Assembly (NCBI GenBank): GCA_964403345.1
Contig: CAYOGU010000002.1
Location: forward strand, 1-36,459
DNA length: 36,459 nt
Direction of reading: 5' to 3'
Source of the DNA: an uncultured Syntrophus sp.
GTDB taxonomy: Bacteria; Desulfobacterota; Syntrophia; Syntrophales; UBA5619
Program-made: the position numbers and the translations under genes
The notes under the pieces: model-generated
What the model was told of the DNA's origin: nothing
The model's database searches: none
The model's input: only the letters and a program-made list of their open reading frames with translations
Shown here: one piece after another, positions 35,646 through 36,459 of the stretch
How the letters are laid out: each line of letters opens with the position of its first letter
How positions within the stretch are numbered: position 1 is the first letter of the stretch

Positions 35646-36005
35646 GTGGGAAAGCAAAAGGTTCTATTCATCTGTATCCGTAACGGCGCCCGCTCTCAAA
35701 TGGCGGAGGCCTGGCTGAATGCCCTCTACGGAGACCGGTTCGAGGCGAAAAGTGCCGGGATCGAACCCGGGGACTTGAACCCGCTGGTTGTCACGGCGAT
35801 GGACGAGGTGGGGGTCGATATCTCTCAAAACCGAGCAAAGAGCGTCAAGGATTTTCTAATGGCAGGCGAATCCTTTTCATGGATCATCACCGTCTGTGAT
35901 GAAGCGGCCGGTGAGCGTTGCCCGTTCTTCTCGGGGAATGCCAACCGCCTCCACTGGAACTTTCCCGACCCGGAGCTCCTGGCCGGCACACTGAGGAGAG
36001 GATGA
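35646..36005 (+). CDS. arsC: Arsenate reductase, LMW-PTP/thioredoxin-coupled type, with apparent 3' frameshift
   Basis: The CX5R(S) loop is [16 protein letters not shown] and the second Cys pair is [13 protein letters not shown]. The likely start is GTG 35646 behind GGAGCG (track: TTG 35613). The expected C-terminus continues in the +1 frame to TAG 36074-36076 ([23 protein letters not shown]). Confidence 0.75.
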   Translation: MGKQKVLFICIRNGARSQMAEAWLNALYGDRFEAKSAGIEPGDLNPLVVTAMDEVGVDISQNRAKSVKDFLMAGESFSWIITVCDEAAGERCPFFSGNANRLHWNFPDPELLAGTLRRG

Positions 36006-36126
36006 ACGCCATGCGAAGGAGCAGGGGTGACATCGGGACCGCGGTCAGAAATTGGGGGACCTTCCTCGGACTCTAGTTCTCAATCTCCATCTTGGCCGTC
36101 TCTCACCCAAGCCCCAGCGGCATCGT

Positions 36127-36180
36127 TTCATCCAATCTTCATGGATCAGTCATCATGGCTTCACAGTTCCCTGTTAAGAT
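36127..36180 (+). promoter_or_regulatory. Putative Pho box plus -10, psd promoter
   Basis: TTCAT 36127, TTCAT 36138, GTCAT 36149 and TTCAC 36160 are spaced exactly 11 bp apart. Ten nt later comes TAAGAT (36175-36180). Confidence 0.6.
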
Positions 36181-36203
36181 TCCATTGAACAGGAGGTAAA
36201 GTC

Positions 36204-36459
36204 ATGCAGCATCAGCATATCGACCGGGAGAGCCGCAGGATACAAACCGAGCAACTGCTCGGGGATGCGGCCATCCGTTTTCTCTATTCGGGGGTCCGGG
36301 AGTGGTCGCCCTGGCTCTTCAAGAAACTGATCAGTGCCCGCGCCTCTGGTCTTCTGGGAGACCTGAGTTACGGCCGGATGTTCTCCAAGAGAATCGCCGG
36401 TCGTTTGGGCCTCTGCAATTCCCTGGGCATCGACCTGCGGGAGTGTCTCGACCCCCCGG
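36204..36459 (+). CDS. psd: Phosphatidylserine decarboxylase-like protein, 3'-truncated at the window edge
   Basis: This ORF is not in the track because it is open-ended. ATG 36204 lies 7 nt after AGGAGG. My translation is MQHQHIDRESRRIQTEQLLGDAAIRFLYSGVREWSPWLFKKLISARASGLLGDLSYGRMFSKRIAGRLGLCNSLGIDLRECLDPP. This matches the N-terminal layout of long-form Psd proteins (YxDRxTxxxxxExxxGxxxxxFLY ... S..xG ... SxxxI..F....xID..E). Confidence 0.6.
   Translation, partial: MQHQHIDRESRRIQTEQLLGDAAIRFLYSGVREWSPWLFKKLISARASGLLGDLSYGRMFSKRIAGRLGLCNSLGIDLRECLDPP

Noticed and set aside
1-36459. A scan of intergenic spaces for CRISPR arrays, tRNA or rRNA genes, IS elements and prophage genes.
   Set aside because: No regularly spaced direct repeats with unique spacers, no cloverleaf-compatible segments and no recombinase-like ORFs were seen.

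Overview
This is a GC-rich bacterial chromosomal window. The gene content, including a CbcL-type cytochrome, suggests a deltaproteobacterial-type anaerobe, but that is inference only. I saw no rRNA, tRNA, CRISPR array, transposase or integrase. The window has three blocks. (1) 1-6077 is a tightly packed operon: rhodanese, a heptahaem cytochrome c carrying three haem-free 105-aa tandem repeats, a secreted tandem rhodanese, and a nonahaem-c/cytochrome-b fusion (CbcL-like). (2) 6150-12898 is a canonical pstS-pstC-pstA-pstB-phoU-phoR-phoB locus. (3) 12921-36459 is a run of accessory transcription units: EAL-CBS-GGDEF plus a hydrolase, an 813-aa orphan, a nine-gene ATP-grasp/amphi-Trp/kinase cluster, PIN-PhoH plus DUF2721, phnCDE, a second pstS, and psd. 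Almost every unit begins with the promoter architecture that precedes pstS: four pentamers ([T/G]T[C/A]A[C/T]) phased at exactly 11 bp, usually followed by 10 nt and a -10-like hexamer. I read these as PhoB boxes, so the window looks like a Pho-regulon super-island. The most interesting part is 16024-26951. There a divergent pair of these boxes drives an unrecognisable 813-aa protein on one strand. On the other strand it drives an operon encoding a PHP-like phosphoesterase, three small amphi-Trp-like proteins, a PhoU-domain/APH-kinase fusion, a RimK-like ATP-grasp, an HprK-like P-loop kinase, a CofD-like transferase and a CorA-like channel with SMN in place of GMN. This matches what I recall being named the 'GAK system', for which I know of no function; the link to phosphate starvation is my inference. 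Two decayed genes (an MBL hydrolase and a chemoreceptor) and a 3'-frameshifted arsC are also present.
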